DNA of 64,000 bases from Candidatus Omnitrophota bacterium (GTDB taxonomy: Bacteria > Omnitrophota > Gorgyraeia > Zapsychrales > JANLHA01). Shown here one piece after another: positions 49,505-59,830 of this stretch; positions within the stretch are counted from its first letter, which is position 1; each line of letters starts with the position of its first letter. A program made the position numbers and the translations under genes. The stretch spans positions 72,189-136,188 of the forward strand of contig JAKQKX010000090.1 of NCBI GenBank assembly GCA_029560465.1, in the 5' to 3' direction. The notes under the pieces are model-generated. The model had not been told where the DNA came from. It ran no database searches and was given only the letters and a program-made list of their open reading frames with translations.

Positions 49505-49968
49505 AAATTTTTTGCTTCAAAATACCGGTCAAGGCTCATACAGGACGTCTTGGAAAAATATTTTAAGAGTCCCCCGACAGCCAGAAATAATCCCATATCG
49601 AGTAATATACTAACATGAAGCGGGAGAGAAAGCAACTCACCGTAACAGCCGCAATCCTGCATCGGCAGTTTCCGGAGGACCGCCTGAGTTAGCATAATAA
49701 TGAACGCGCTGATCATGAGCAGCGAAAGCCGAAGCACCGGTTTAAGCCATAAACCTAACACCAGAAAAACCCCCAGGAAGAACTCAACCCAGGGAACGAT
49801 CATCGCTGCGAAACGGGCCAGGAATGGGGGAAGAATGTCGTACCCCTGAATGACATAAAAGAAATTTTCATAAGGGGCCAACAGCTTTTCAGCGGCCACA
49901 ACCACAAAAAACCCCCCGATAAGAACCCGGGCAACAACATGAATATGACAGGACACTTTCATAGACAT
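49501..49968 (-). CDS. MauE/DoxX family membrane protein
   Basis: PWVEFFLG, DCGCYG; stop overlaps the next gene's start (ATGA). Exact start uncertain. Confidence 0.85.
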   Translation of the reverse strand: MSMKVSCHIHVVARVLIGGFFVVVAAEKLLAPYENFFYVIQGYDILPPFLARFAAMIVPWVEFFLGVFLVLGLWLKPVLRLSLLMISAFIIMLTQAVLRKLPMQDCGCYGELLSLPLHVSILLDMGLFLAVGGLLKYFSKTSCMSLDRYFEAKNL

Positions 49969-50007
49969 ATGGACAGGGCCGTGGAACAAGGAACAAAATC
50001 CAGCCCT

Positions 50008-50248
50008 TTATTTCAACTGATAATCCAGCATATCTTTTAAAGCTTTTGTGCCAACAAACATCTGGCCATTCACAAAATACGTCGGGGCCGAGTTAACCAT
50101 TTCCCCTGACCTTGGGCCTTTGATTCTCTCACCAAAGCCAAAGTACGTTCATCCTGGCGGCAGGACTCCAGTAATTTTTATTAAGACCCGCTGTTTCGGC
50201 AATTTGAATTCAATACTGTTCTCGATCCGGACTTTCTTTCCATTCCTG
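50008..50248 (-). pseudogene. Decayed 3' half of a DsbA/thioredoxin_4-family gene
   Basis: Reconstructed QEWKESPDREQY*IQIAETAGLNK/LLESCRQDERTLALVRESKAQGQG/MVNSAPTYFVNGQMFVGTKALKDMLDYQLK*, with one internal stop and two 1-bp frameshifts. Confidence 0.7.
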
Positions 50249-50277
50249 ATACGGGGATTGGGAATCTTTAAAAAACC

Positions 50278-51918
50278 TCACGCCAGCTGCGGCCCGGCCT
50301 TCTCCAACTCTTTTCCGACATCCGTGTCAGTAAAGTTCTTAAAATGGGTTTGAAACATTTCCGCGAGTTTCCTGGCGGAATTGTCATATTCATTTTTATC
50401 CTTCCAGCATTCCCTGGGATTGAGATATTGATTGCTTCCCCCCGCCACATGTTTAGGAATCCTTAAGTTAAAAACCGGCATCACGTTACATTCCTCGTGG
50501 TCAATAGACCCTTCCAGGATCGCATCAATGATCGCCCGGGTCTCCTGAATCGGGATACGGTGCCCCACGCCGTATTTCCCTCCGATCCATCCGGTATTAA
50601 CCAGGTACGCCGCTGAACCGTGCTGCGCCATTTTCTTCCCCAGTATTTCCGCGTAAACCGTTGGGTGAAGCGGCAAAAAGGCCTGACCGAAGCAGGCGGA
50701 AAAAGACGGCTGCGGCTCTTTGATCCCCAACTCCGTGCCCGCGACTTTTGCGGTATACCCGCTCAAGAAATGATACATCGTCTGTTCTTTCGTCAATTTG
50801 GCAACCGGAGGTAAAATTCCATAAGCGTCACAAGTCAGGAAAATAATCTTCAAAGGATGCGTCCCCTTAGAAACAGGCTTCACGATATTATCAATATGAT
50901 AAATCGGATAGGACACCCGGGTGTTCTGGGTTTTAGCCACAGAGGTAAAATCCACCGTCCCTTGAGGATCAACAACAACATTCTCCAAAAGGGCGTCCCG
51001 ACGGATCGCCTTACAAATTTCAGGTTCATTTTGGGGGGAAAGGTTGATGCATTTGGCGTAACACCCGCCCTCAAAATTAAAAACCCCATCATCATCCCAT
51101 CCGTGTTCATCATCACCGATCAGCTGGCGCTTCGGATCCGTGGACAGGGAGGTCTTGCCCGTCCCGGACAAGCCAAAAAACAAAGCCGTATCCCCGTTCT
51201 TCCCCTTATTCGCGGAACAGTGAAAAGAGCCGATGCCTTTCAACGGGAGGAAATAATTCATGATGGTAAAAATCCCTTTTTTGATTTCCCCGCCATACCA
51301 AGTCCCTCCGATACACGTCATTCTCTCCGCGATATGAAACGCGGCGAACACCTCCGACCGCATCCCGTATTTTTGAAAATCCGGGCAGGCGGCTTTGCAC
51401 GCATGCAAAATCGTCCAGTCCGGCTTAAAATCATTCAGCTCTTTTTCAGCCGGACGGATAAACATGTTCTTAAAGAAATGCGCCACCCAGGCGACCTCGG
51501 TGATAATCCGCACCGAAAGCCGGGTGTCTTTGTTCGCTCCGCAAAATCCGTCCATGACATACAGCGTCTTGCCGCTAAGCTGTTTCAGAGAGATTTCTTT
51601 CAGGGCCGCCCAGCCTTCCGGAGAAAGACGGCGGTTATCGGCATTATTACCCGTTGGGGAAGACAATCCCGTGCCCCACCAAATATTGTCTTTAGACGAC
51701 GGCTCTTCCACGAAATATTTATCTTTGGGAGAACGTCCGGTAAAACGGCCGGTGTCCACAGCAACAGCCCCGAGGTCTGTCAGGACCCCTTTCTCATACC
51801 CATCTAAAGCCGGGTTAAGCTCTTCTTGATATATTTCATCATAGGAAAGATTATATAAAATCTTTTCTACGTTTGTAATTCCGACTTTTTCGAGTCCAAG
51901 ATCCGCAATAGTCTTCAT
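50278..51918 (-). CDS. pckA: Phosphoenolpyruvate carboxykinase (ATP)
   Basis: [52 protein letters not shown]; start behind GGAGGAG. Confidence 0.97.
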   Translation of the reverse strand: MKTIADLGLEKVGITNVEKILYNLSYDEIYQEELNPALDGYEKGVLTDLGAVAVDTGRFTGRSPKDKYFVEEPSSKDNIWWGTGLSSPTGNNADNRRLSPEGWAALKEISLKQLSGKTLYVMDGFCGANKDTRLSVRIITEVAWVAHFFKNMFIRPAEKELNDFKPDWTILHACKAACPDFQKYGMRSEVFAAFHIAERMTCIGGTWYGGEIKKGIFTIMNYFLPLKGIGSFHCSANKGKNGDTALFFGLSGTGKTSLSTDPKRQLIGDDEHGWDDDGVFNFEGGCYAKCINLSPQNEPEICKAIRRDALLENVVVDPQGTVDFTSVAKTQNTRVSYPIYHIDNIVKPVSKGTHPLKIIFLTCDAYGILPPVAKLTKEQTMYHFLSGYTAKVAGTELGIKEPQPSFSACFGQAFLPLHPTVYAEILGKKMAQHGSAAYLVNTGWIGGKYGVGHRIPIQETRAIIDAILEGSIDHEECNVMPVFNLRIPKHVAGGSNQYLNPRECWKDKNEYDNSARKLAEMFQTHFKNFTDTDVGKELEKAGPQLA

Positions 51919-52073
51919 CAACGACTCCTCCATTAATAATAATCTTTCCTTAATTATTCACCCCTTATTCGGAGTCCTATCATACACATTTTTCAAAGGT
52001 AACGCAATTCAAAATTCAGCCGGCTGATCTCTGCCTGGATTCGCCATGGACCCGGTTCTAATGGGAAAAAACG

Positions 52074-53480
52074 TTAAAAATTCGAACAAAACAGGATAAA
52101 CCTTTTCTGTCCAGGGGACACGGCAACGTCCCCCAGCAAAACATCCTGCCCCAGAAAAAACGTATAATGCCCCGGATCAAGAATAAACCGGGCGATCCGG
52201 ATTTCTGCCGGGAGAGTCTGCCATGATCTCAGGTCCGCCCGGTCAACCGCCAAGTTAAGAAAACTGGCCAAGACGGGAAACCATCGGGCTCTGTCTCGCC
52301 CATGCTTTTCCGCGATTTCATTCTCGATATGCCTTTCAATAAAATACCGGCCAGCTGACCGGGCCGCCCCTTTAATCATAATTCTTGTCTTGCGGTCAGC
52401 AAGATTCTTGCTCGCGATACGGCTGATCTCTTCTCCGGCTTCCGTCTCGGCATGCCTAACCTTCCCCTGCTGATCCCGCACGCTGATCACGCGCAACCCG
52501 TCCTCATGGGAACGCGCGGAATATTGGGGAAAAGAAAAGCTGGAAACATACCCCCCGGGAAGAGGGATCAGCACGCTTTCCGTCCGTTTGTCCGGCACTG
52601 ATCCGTGATATTGGATAATAATCACTTCTGCTTTGAGACTTTTTTCTTTTAAGCTCGGGCAGTCCTGTCCTGATAGCGCGCCCTGATACTGTCCCTCATC
52701 CGGACCGCCCGTCCATCGGGCCAAGGTGCACAAATTTTCCAACAACACCCGAGGCGGTTCCAAGCCATAATGCTCCCGATAATCGTTCGCATAAGCATCA
52801 TAAGCCTTTTCATAGGAAATCAACGCGTCATTCAGGTTGCCGTACGAACCTGCCGACTCATACAGGATTCCGGCTAACAACCTGGCGAAAGCGTCCTCCC
52901 GGTAAACATTTTTCTGTCCCGGGGGATACTGTTCATTAATAACCGCGAGTTTGCTGTCAACATCGCGGGCCTCCACGAGCGCGGATTCATAATCCTCAAG
53001 AGCGGCGAAATTCAAAGCCTGAAAAATATTCACCATGACCCGCTCAAAATCCTCCCCCCGGTAAGGAAGGGCATAATCATTCGCAACCCAGCTGGCCGCG
53101 ATCTTCGTCAAGGATTCAGTGTACAGGTCTTCCCACAGCGACTTCGCGTTTTCGAAAACAGCGATGCTCTCCCGGTACTGGCCGTTGAGATGCAGGATCA
53201 TTCCTTTTTCCAGCAGGAATAAAAGCTGATTATTCTTCCCGTAGAGCGCCTGACGGGTTTCAAGCGCAGTCAGGGCCTGGGCGTACCGGCCCGACGCCGC
53301 CAAACGGCCCACCTGCGGCTGCACCGTCATCACCGAGGCGCAGGAGGACAGGCTAACGGCCGTCCCGGCTAACAATAAAAAAAAAATGCCATACAACAAA
53401 GAGGGCACCGCCGCTCCAATCACGTAAACATCATCTGAAGGGAGGGGTTTAGGAAGAAAACGCCAGCGGGGAAACATCAC
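52074..53480 (-). CDS. COG3014-like TPR lipoprotein
   Basis: LSSC lipobox, YRGEDFE, ALVEAR, ADLRSWQTLP; adjacent to lpoB-like gene. Start uncertain. Confidence 0.78.
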   Translation of the reverse strand: MMFPRWRFLPKPLPSDDVYVIGAAVPSLLYGIFFLLLAGTAVSLSSCASVMTVQPQVGRLAASGRYAQALTALETRQALYGKNNQLLFLLEKGMILHLNGQYRESIAVFENAKSLWEDLYTESLTKIAASWVANDYALPYRGEDFERVMVNIFQALNFAALEDYESALVEARDVDSKLAVINEQYPPGQKNVYREDAFARLLAGILYESAGSYGNLNDALISYEKAYDAYANDYREHYGLEPPRVLLENLCTLARWTGGPDEGQYQGALSGQDCPSLKEKSLKAEVIIIQYHGSVPDKRTESVLIPLPGGYVSSFSFPQYSARSHEDGLRVISVRDQQGKVRHAETEAGEEISRIASKNLADRKTRIMIKGAARSAGRYFIERHIENEIAEKHGRDRARWFPVLASFLNLAVDRADLRSWQTLPAEIRIARFILDPGHYTFFLGQDVLLGDVAVSPGQKRFILFCSNF

Positions 53481-54091
53481 AACGAATATTTGCTTCTTTT
53501 AACGGATTTCTTGATATTCTTCTGGCCGATCCAGACCTTCTGGTTCGTCTCAATATCGACAAGCTCGAGATTAACCTGATACAGGATGACATACCGCCCC
53601 GACACTTCATCCTTGACGGAATTGATACTCCCCAGCACGATAAAGTCAGCCCCGGTCTCTTTGCCGAACACCTTAATCGTGGCAGGATCAGTATAGCCTT
53701 CCTGCTGGGATGACCGTTCATCCCGGACAGCATCCCGCTCCTCGCCCTTAGCCGCGACGAACTTGATCTTCCCGGAATTCAGGAGGTTCCTTTCCAAGTC
53801 TTTAATAAACACAGCGGCGTTAATATGCTCATGACTGCGGTTCGTGACCGGGCCGACGACCACCACCGGAAGGCGTTTATGGATCTCCATAAATGTTTGA
53901 CTCCAAGGTCGAAACAACGCGTCCTGGATCATCTCTTTGGCAACTAGCTGCGAATCCGAATCATTCCAGCGGCCGCTGAGGTCAACGACCTCTTCAGGGT
54001 TAAGGCGTTTGACGCGTTTAGAAGCGCATCCCGGAAACGAGACCAAAGACAAGGCCAGAATGGCCACCCCAAAAATCTTTATATGACGCAT
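53477..54091 (-). CDS. lpoB: Penicillin-binding protein activator LpoB-like lipoprotein
   Basis: PGC lipobox, DLSGRWNDSD, NRSHEHI, GADF, YQVNLEL, W...IKK. Confidence 0.8.
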   Translation of the reverse strand: MRHIKIFGVAILALSLVSFPGCASKRVKRLNPEEVVDLSGRWNDSDSQLVAKEMIQDALFRPWSQTFMEIHKRLPVVVVGPVTNRSHEHINAAVFIKDLERNLLNSGKIKFVAAKGEERDAVRDERSSQQEGYTDPATIKVFGKETGADFIVLGSINSVKDEVSGRYVILYQVNLELVDIETNQKVWIGQKNIKKSVKRSKYSL

Positions 54092-54132
54092 ACCCCTCTC
54101 CTATGTTAGAAATCCTTACACACTGTTATCGG

Positions 54133-54681
54133 TTATTTCCCGTTACGGATAATAAAACTGTCAGGATAAGCTTTCTTGACTTGAGGCAAATATTTATCCG
54201 CTTCTTCTTTTGTATTAAAAGTCCCGACATAAATCCGGTGCCACAGGCCTTTATCACCCAAATCTTTGGTCGCGAGATACGCCGTAGGGTACCCGGAATC
54301 CTTGATTTTCTTCAAAGCCTCTTGAGCCCGGAGCTGATCTTTGGAAGACAGCACCTGGATCGTAAACGGGATCTTTGAAAAATCTTTCTGGTCAAGGTCT
54401 TGAGGCTTGAGCGCCGGCGGGCTGCCGGCCGGCTTCTCGGCAGGCGGGGGGACAACCGGGGCAGCGGTCGAAACCAGCGTCGGGGTTCTTTCTAAAGGCG
54501 CGGCCACGCTGCCGTCGGACTGTACGAATTCATATTCAATAGCGGGTTCCAACTCGCTTTCATCTTCCGTGAAAACTTCTCCCAAAGGCAGCACATCCTG
54601 TCCGCTCTGGTAATTAAACGTAACCAGAACCAAAACCACGACCCCCACTACGATGAACCAGATCAACCATTGATTTTTCAT
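54133..54681 (-). CDS. SPOR domain protein
   Basis: TM helix, Pro-rich linker, FTIQV.S, WHRIYVG.F; start behind GAGGAGG. Confidence 0.85.
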   Translation of the reverse strand: MKNQWLIWFIVVGVVVLVLVTFNYQSGQDVLPLGEVFTEDESELEPAIEYEFVQSDGSVAAPLERTPTLVSTAAPVVPPPAEKPAGSPPALKPQDLDQKDFSKIPFTIQVLSSKDQLRAQEALKKIKDSGYPTAYLATKDLGDKGLWHRIYVGTFNTKEEADKYLPQVKKAYPDSFIIRNGK

Positions 54682-54789
54682 AAGACACCTCCTCAAAGAC
54701 CTAAAATTTAATATTGTCTATTTTGCGGGATATAATATTTTAACCTCTTGTATGATACCGCTCAACCCTCTTCTGTTCAACCCCGAAAT

Positions 54790-55629
54790 CTAAAATAATT
54801 CGTTCTGATACCCGGGCCCCACGGGCGGAGCTTCAAAATGGCCTGTTTTGGGCAGGGTCGGGGGTTGTGGGAAATGCCCTTCCAGAGCGCCTTCAACGAG
54901 GTCTTTAATCTCGTCGGTAAAATTCTGGGTCAGGATCCATTCCAAATATTTGCGGTCTTTTTGCGCAATGGTTTTCAACCCTTCCTTCCGGGCATATTTC
55001 CCAAACATCATGTACAATTCTCCGTTCCACCAGCGGAACTTACGGCCGGTATCATAAAAATCCGTCCGTTGCTTATAATCAAAACCCTGCAGGGCGTCCA
55101 AGTTCTCCGCTCCCCGCCCATATTTATTCAACTGGGCGGCCAGGACTTCAAGGGTCGCCTCAGAATCGACGATGGCGGAATGCGCCCCCTCCAGCTCTTT
55201 ATGGCAATAAAAATTGTAAGCGGCCGTCAGGTCCCGCCGTTCGTGCAGGTGATAAATCTTCTGGGCGTCATAAACCGCCCGCCGGGAATAGTCAAATTTG
55301 ATCCCGGCATCCGAAAATTCTCTCGTCAAAAGCGGCAAATCAAACCGCTCGATGTTGAATCCAGCCAGATCCGCGTCGGCCAGGAACTCCAGGACTTCTC
55401 CGGCGATCTGCCGGAAATAAGGGGCGTCCCTCACGTCGTCATTGTTGATCCCGGTCACCTCGACCACTTCAGGAGGAATGGGCATCCCGGGATTCACCCT
55501 TTTCTCATAAGAAAGACGCCCGCCGTCGGCAAGGCACCGGATCATCCCGACTTCTATAATCCGATCCTTGTCGATCCAGGTCCCGGTCGTCTCAAGGTCC
55601 AGCACAACCAAAGGTCGTTGAAGCTTCAT
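54790..55629 (-). CDS. DEDDh 3'-5' exonuclease (DnaQ-like)
   Basis: LDLETTG, GFNIERFD, AHSAIVD; C-terminal FGKY...YLEWIL. Confidence 0.9.
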   Translation of the reverse strand: MKLQRPLVVLDLETTGTWIDKDRIIEVGMIRCLADGGRLSYEKRVNPGMPIPPEVVEVTGINNDDVRDAPYFRQIAGEVLEFLADADLAGFNIERFDLPLLTREFSDAGIKFDYSRRAVYDAQKIYHLHERRDLTAAYNFYCHKELEGAHSAIVDSEATLEVLAAQLNKYGRGAENLDALQGFDYKQRTDFYDTGRKFRWWNGELYMMFGKYARKEGLKTIAQKDRKYLEWILTQNFTDEIKDLVEGALEGHFPQPPTLPKTGHFEAPPVGPGYQNELF

Positions 55630-55711
55630 AAAATCTCCTCATGTTTCCTCTGACGGGTTAACCGAACGGCGCATTGATGTTCAGCCGCCGTTCCGTCGGA
55701 CGCCCGCCAGA

Positions 55712-56980
55712 TCAAGGTCCGGCGGGCGTATACCAGCCAAACGTATTCCCTTCTTTTTCATTAGCGAGAAGGCCGATCTTCCCAGTCTGGGGTTCCAGGA
55801 CCAGCAACCCCAGGAAATAATGCTCCATCACCACATAACGACCGCTGGGTGTCCAGCGCATATGCTTGATCGCCAGTTCCCCACCGCTATATTGATACCG
55901 GGGGATATCGCTCCTGCGGGGAACACGGGGAATGCGGAACAATTTCCTTCGCCACCAGCGGTTATGGATATAATAAAGATAATCAAAATCATCAACCCCG
56001 ATCCTAGCGCCCTGCGCGGATATCCGAGAAAAGTGCTTCTTCCCCTCCTGGCCGAACGACAGGTCCTGCCCCCTGGTAAAAATATCAATCCCGCGCAAAG
56101 AGAGGTTCTCTTGAGGGAGCTTTTGTTCATCAAAAGGGAACATGATGATCAATTCCGGTTTCAGCGTCGTCAAGGGGATCTGATAAACTTTCACCTCATA
56201 CGGGTTAGCGTACACCGTCGTATCCAATGCGTTGAACCAGAGGTTGTAAAGGTGCTCTCCCTTCTTGTCCCACAGCAGGGCGTTTATCTTCAACGCCGGG
56301 CTCTTGAGCATCTGCTTGGATTGATCGGCCAGGTTGTAAATAATCCAATGATCTATCGATGAAAATTCGGTCCATCTCGCGACATGGTAACAAAAGCGCC
56401 GGCTGTCCGGGCCCCAGACGACACCATCAACGACCCCCTTGACGGCACCAGGGGGCTCGTCACCCTGGGCCAAAATTTCGATCTCCCGGCGGCTCTGGTC
56501 TCTCTGATGGAGGGCCCACAAGCCGCTTTCCGTCGCGATCAGCACATGCATCCCGTCCGGGGAAAAATGATACGTCCGCACCGCGCCCGCCGATTCAAAC
56601 ACAACCTCCCGCTGCGTGCCATTGGCGTTCATCCGCACCAACTGGTTCTCGTGGATAAAATAGATCTTCAAATCTTCTTCCACCCACTCCGTTGTGGGGG
56701 TGACCTTGTAAGAAAAATCCAAAGATGCCTTTTCGACAAGGTTGACCATATAACTATAAAACGTCAAGGCGATGAGCAGGGCAAACCCGGCCAAAAGGCA
56801 ATAATGCAGCACATGATTGACCGTTTGGACAACCACCTTGCGCCTGATCCGCCGTAAAAAAAGGGTCAGGACAATCGACCCGAGTCCGGCCACGTAGAGA
56901 ATCAAGATAAGCAGAATATGCTCAAAATGGCTGTTAATAAAATCAATGACCTGTTTGAAAAAAGAAATAATCAGTTCCAT
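55712..56980 (-). CDS. Two-TM protein with TolB-like beta-propeller
   Basis: Two TM helices; FSPDG, WGPDS, WDKKG, WTPSG blade motifs. Confidence 0.68.
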   Translation of the reverse strand: MELIISFFKQVIDFINSHFEHILLILILYVAGLGSIVLTLFLRRIRRKVVVQTVNHVLHYCLLAGFALLIALTFYSYMVNLVEKASLDFSYKVTPTTEWVEEDLKIYFIHENQLVRMNANGTQREVVFESAGAVRTYHFSPDGMHVLIATESGLWALHQRDQSRREIEILAQGDEPPGAVKGVVDGVVWGPDSRRFCYHVARWTEFSSIDHWIIYNLADQSKQMLKSPALKINALLWDKKGEHLYNLWFNALDTTVYANPYEVKVYQIPLTTLKPELIIMFPFDEQKLPQENLSLRGIDIFTRGQDLSFGQEGKKHFSRISAQGARIGVDDFDYLYYIHNRWWRRKLFRIPRVPRRSDIPRYQYSGGELAIKHMRWTPSGRYVVMEHYFLGLLVLEPQTGKIGLLANEKEGNTFGWYTPAGP

Positions 56981-57024
56981 AATGTTCTCTCATTAAATAT
57001 TCCGGGCGCTGCCCCCTCCTCCCG

Positions 57025-58980
57025 TCAGGGCATGGCGTAGTCATCGCAGTCCGACTGCACGTCCACATAGCGGTGCAAGATATTGCCTTCGGCGAGAAAG
57101 CGGGACAAGCGCGTGTACACATATCCGGAATAGGACAGCCCCCCGCGCGCCGGCCTGTCAACCTGAGGCCGGAGAAGAAACAGATGCTCCTTGGCCCGTG
57201 TCATCGCCACGTAAAGCAACCGGCGCTCTTCTTCCACGCCTTCAGCATTATTCAAAGACTGATAAGACGGGAGGTACCCTTCCGCCACAAAAAGGATAAA
57301 AACCGTATGCCATTCCAGTCCTTTGGCAGAGTGGATCGTCGACAAAACAAGGTGGGGCTGCCGCGGGGCGCGCCGCTCTTTCTCAACCCGGTCCTTTTCC
57401 GGAGGGTCCAGGGCAATATCCGCCAGGAATTGCTCTAAAGAATCATACCGGCCCGCGATGTGCTGCAAAGATTCCAGGTCATTGACCCTCTTGTCAAAAT
57501 CATCATACACGTCCGGCATGAGGGAAAGATAAAATCCCAACACGAAATCAAGGAGCTCCGCTGGCTTCTGCTGTTGGGGGTCGCTTTTCTTAAAAAGATC
57601 CATGAGCTTGAGAACGCTGTCCTTAGGTTTCAGCCGGGATAAATCAGCTTGAAAACCCTGTTTTTGAGCAACGATTTCCTGAGTGATCCGGCGGGCGGTC
57701 TGCGGCCCCACCCCGCGCAGAAGCCCCAGGACCCTCATCCAGCTAAGGTCATGATACGGTTGGGACAAAATCCGCAAAAAGCTGATCACGTCCTTAATAT
57801 GCGCGGACTCGACAAATTTCTGGCCTCCGTATTTCATAAAAGGGACCCCCCATCTGGTCAATTCCACTTCGAGATCATTGGAATGCCAGCCGGAACGGAA
57901 CAAAACCGCGATCTCCTTATAAGGCACCCCCTCTTCGTGCAGACGCGTGATCTGATTCACCACGAATTTGGACTGGCTGTTTTCATTCGGGACGTCCACA
58001 TAAACCGGCAACCCGGCCCCGGGCCGGTCGGAAAACAACTGTTTCTCATACTTTTCCGACGCGGCCTGAATCAGCTGATTGGTTAAATCAAGAATCGGCT
58101 GAGAGGACCGGTAGTTTTGCTCTAAAAGAATGACACGCGTTTCCGGGAACATCTGCGGGAATAAAATGATATTTTTGTAATGCGCGCCACGGAACGAGTA
58201 AATGCTCTGCGCATCATCCCCCACCACCATGATATTCTGATGAGACGACGCCAGCATCTGGACAATCTCGGCCTGAATTTTATTGGTGTCCTGGTATTCA
58301 TCGACCATAATGTACGGATAAGACAAAGAAAGTTTCTGGCGCAGGGTAGGGTTATCGGAAAGCAGCTGCTTCAACAAAACCAAGAGATCATCAAAATCCA
58401 GCAACGACTGCTGGCGTTTATACCCCGTGTACTCTTCCGCGATCCGGCGAATTTCCGGGAGCCAAGCCAGGAAATGCGGGTAATCTTTACACAACACGCT
58501 TTCAAAATCTTCATCGCGGTTGACGCTCGATGACAAAATCGACATCAAAGCCTCTTTCTTGGGGAAACGGCGGTCCAGTTTATCCATCCCCAGACGGATC
58601 CTCAGGCTTTGCAAAGCGCTCTGGGCGTCACTCTGGTCCATAATGATAAAACGGGAATCCAGCCCCACATATTCACCGTAACGCCTTAAAAGCGCATTGG
58701 CAAAAGAATGGAACGTTCCTCCCGTAACATGCTCGCATCGGGCATCCAGGATCATCGAGGCTCTTTTAAGCATCTCCTGGGCGGCCCGGCGGGTAAAAGT
58801 GAGGAGCAGCACCTCTTCAGGATTAACCCCTTGTTCGATCAGATAGGCGGTGCGATAAATAAGCACCCGGGTTTTCCCGGAGCCTGCTCCGGCAATAACC
58901 AAATATGGGCCATCCACAGAAGTGGCCGCTTTATACTGGGCAGGATTCAGTTCCTGCTGGTAATTGATCTTTAAAGACAT
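57025..58980 (-). CDS. UvrD/PcrA/Rep family SF1 helicase
   Basis: AGAGSGKT, TFH, VDEYQD, VGDDAQSIYSFRGA, QNYRS, STIHSAKGLEW, EERRLLYVAMTRA. Confidence 0.95.
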   Translation of the reverse strand: MSLKINYQQELNPAQYKAATSVDGPYLVIAGAGSGKTRVLIYRTAYLIEQGVNPEEVLLLTFTRRAAQEMLKRASMILDARCEHVTGGTFHSFANALLRRYGEYVGLDSRFIIMDQSDAQSALQSLRIRLGMDKLDRRFPKKEALMSILSSSVNRDEDFESVLCKDYPHFLAWLPEIRRIAEEYTGYKRQQSLLDFDDLLVLLKQLLSDNPTLRQKLSLSYPYIMVDEYQDTNKIQAEIVQMLASSHQNIMVVGDDAQSIYSFRGAHYKNIILFPQMFPETRVILLEQNYRSSQPILDLTNQLIQAASEKYEKQLFSDRPGAGLPVYVDVPNENSQSKFVVNQITRLHEEGVPYKEIAVLFRSGWHSNDLEVELTRWGVPFMKYGGQKFVESAHIKDVISFLRILSQPYHDLSWMRVLGLLRGVGPQTARRITQEIVAQKQGFQADLSRLKPKDSVLKLMDLFKKSDPQQQKPAELLDFVLGFYLSLMPDVYDDFDKRVNDLESLQHIAGRYDSLEQFLADIALDPPEKDRVEKERRAPRQPHLVLSTIHSAKGLEWHTVFILFVAEGYLPSYQSLNNAEGVEEERRLLYVAMTRAKEHLFLLRPQVDRPARGGLSYSGYVYTRLSRFLAEGNILHRYVDVQSDCDDYAMP

Positions 58981-58987
58981 GGCGGAT

Positions 58988-59010
58988 ATTATAACACACG
59001 TACCGCGTGT
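58988..59010 (-). promoter_or_regulatory. Extended -10 promoter (probably leaderless) with overlapping dyad
   Basis: TGtTATAAT 7 nt before the ATG, no SD; ACACG-N5-CGTGT at 58996-59010. Confidence 0.55.
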
Positions 59011-59150
59011 TGGGACTGGCTATACTCAAGAAAATATCAGAGACAGTAACGATGGGTGCGATTCCGTGACGGCCTGTATTCCGGATAAACATTAATGAGG
59101 ACCATACGTTGAGCCGTATTGCCTTGCCTACATATTTTTGAAATGCAGCA

Positions 59151-59741
59151 CTACCGCCCTCTGGTTTTGTGCGTTGAAAGTTCTTTCAGCTTTTCCTCTT
59201 TAAGGCGGATCTGTTTTTTGATCTCGTCCGCCTCCTTCTCCACGTTGCGACTACTTTCCTCCAGGAGGCTCAATTTCCCATCCAATTCTTTAATCATCTT
59301 TTCCTTCTTCTTAATCTGACCGACCGATTCTTCCTGCTTCGCGGAAAGCGTCATTAATTTCTCTTGGTACTGTCCATAATTTTCCTGCGTCTGCCAATAT
59401 TCCTGGTTTAATCGTACGCTTTCCGATTCATATTCTTTCAAATGGCTCTGCAGTTTTGCGGTCTCATCCTGCAAAAGGTCTCTTTGGGCCTTAAGGGAGA
59501 TCCTTTTCCCTTCAAGCTCTCTTAACTTTTTAATCAAGGTGTACCGGCTATGCTGATAACTGGTAATTTCATACTCAATTTGTTTTTTGGCTTCCTGTTG
59601 CTGACTATAATTATCCCATAATTTATCATATCGTTGTAACTGCTGAAGGTACAAGCTATCCTCTTCTTCTTGTGCTTCCACCACGAATGTTGCTGTGCTA
59701 AAGACGCTAATAAATAATATGAATATTAATAACTTTTTCAT
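59151..59741 (-). CDS. Secreted coiled-coil hypothetical protein (AT-rich)
   Basis: AAGGAG RBS, signal peptide ending VEA, continuous heptads. Confidence 0.72.
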   Translation of the reverse strand: MKKLLIFILFISVFSTATFVVEAQEEEDSLYLQQLQRYDKLWDNYSQQQEAKKQIEYEITSYQHSRYTLIKKLRELEGKRISLKAQRDLLQDETAKLQSHLKEYESESVRLNQEYWQTQENYGQYQEKLMTLSAKQEESVGQIKKKEKMIKELDGKLSLLEESSRNVEKEADEIKKQIRLKEEKLKELSTHKTRGR

Positions 59742-59830
59742 TTATACACTCCTTTTAAATAAAATATATACTCTATTTAAATTAGAAAATATTATATAAC
59801 AAGTTTAACAGGTAAAAAGGAGTTTCGCAA

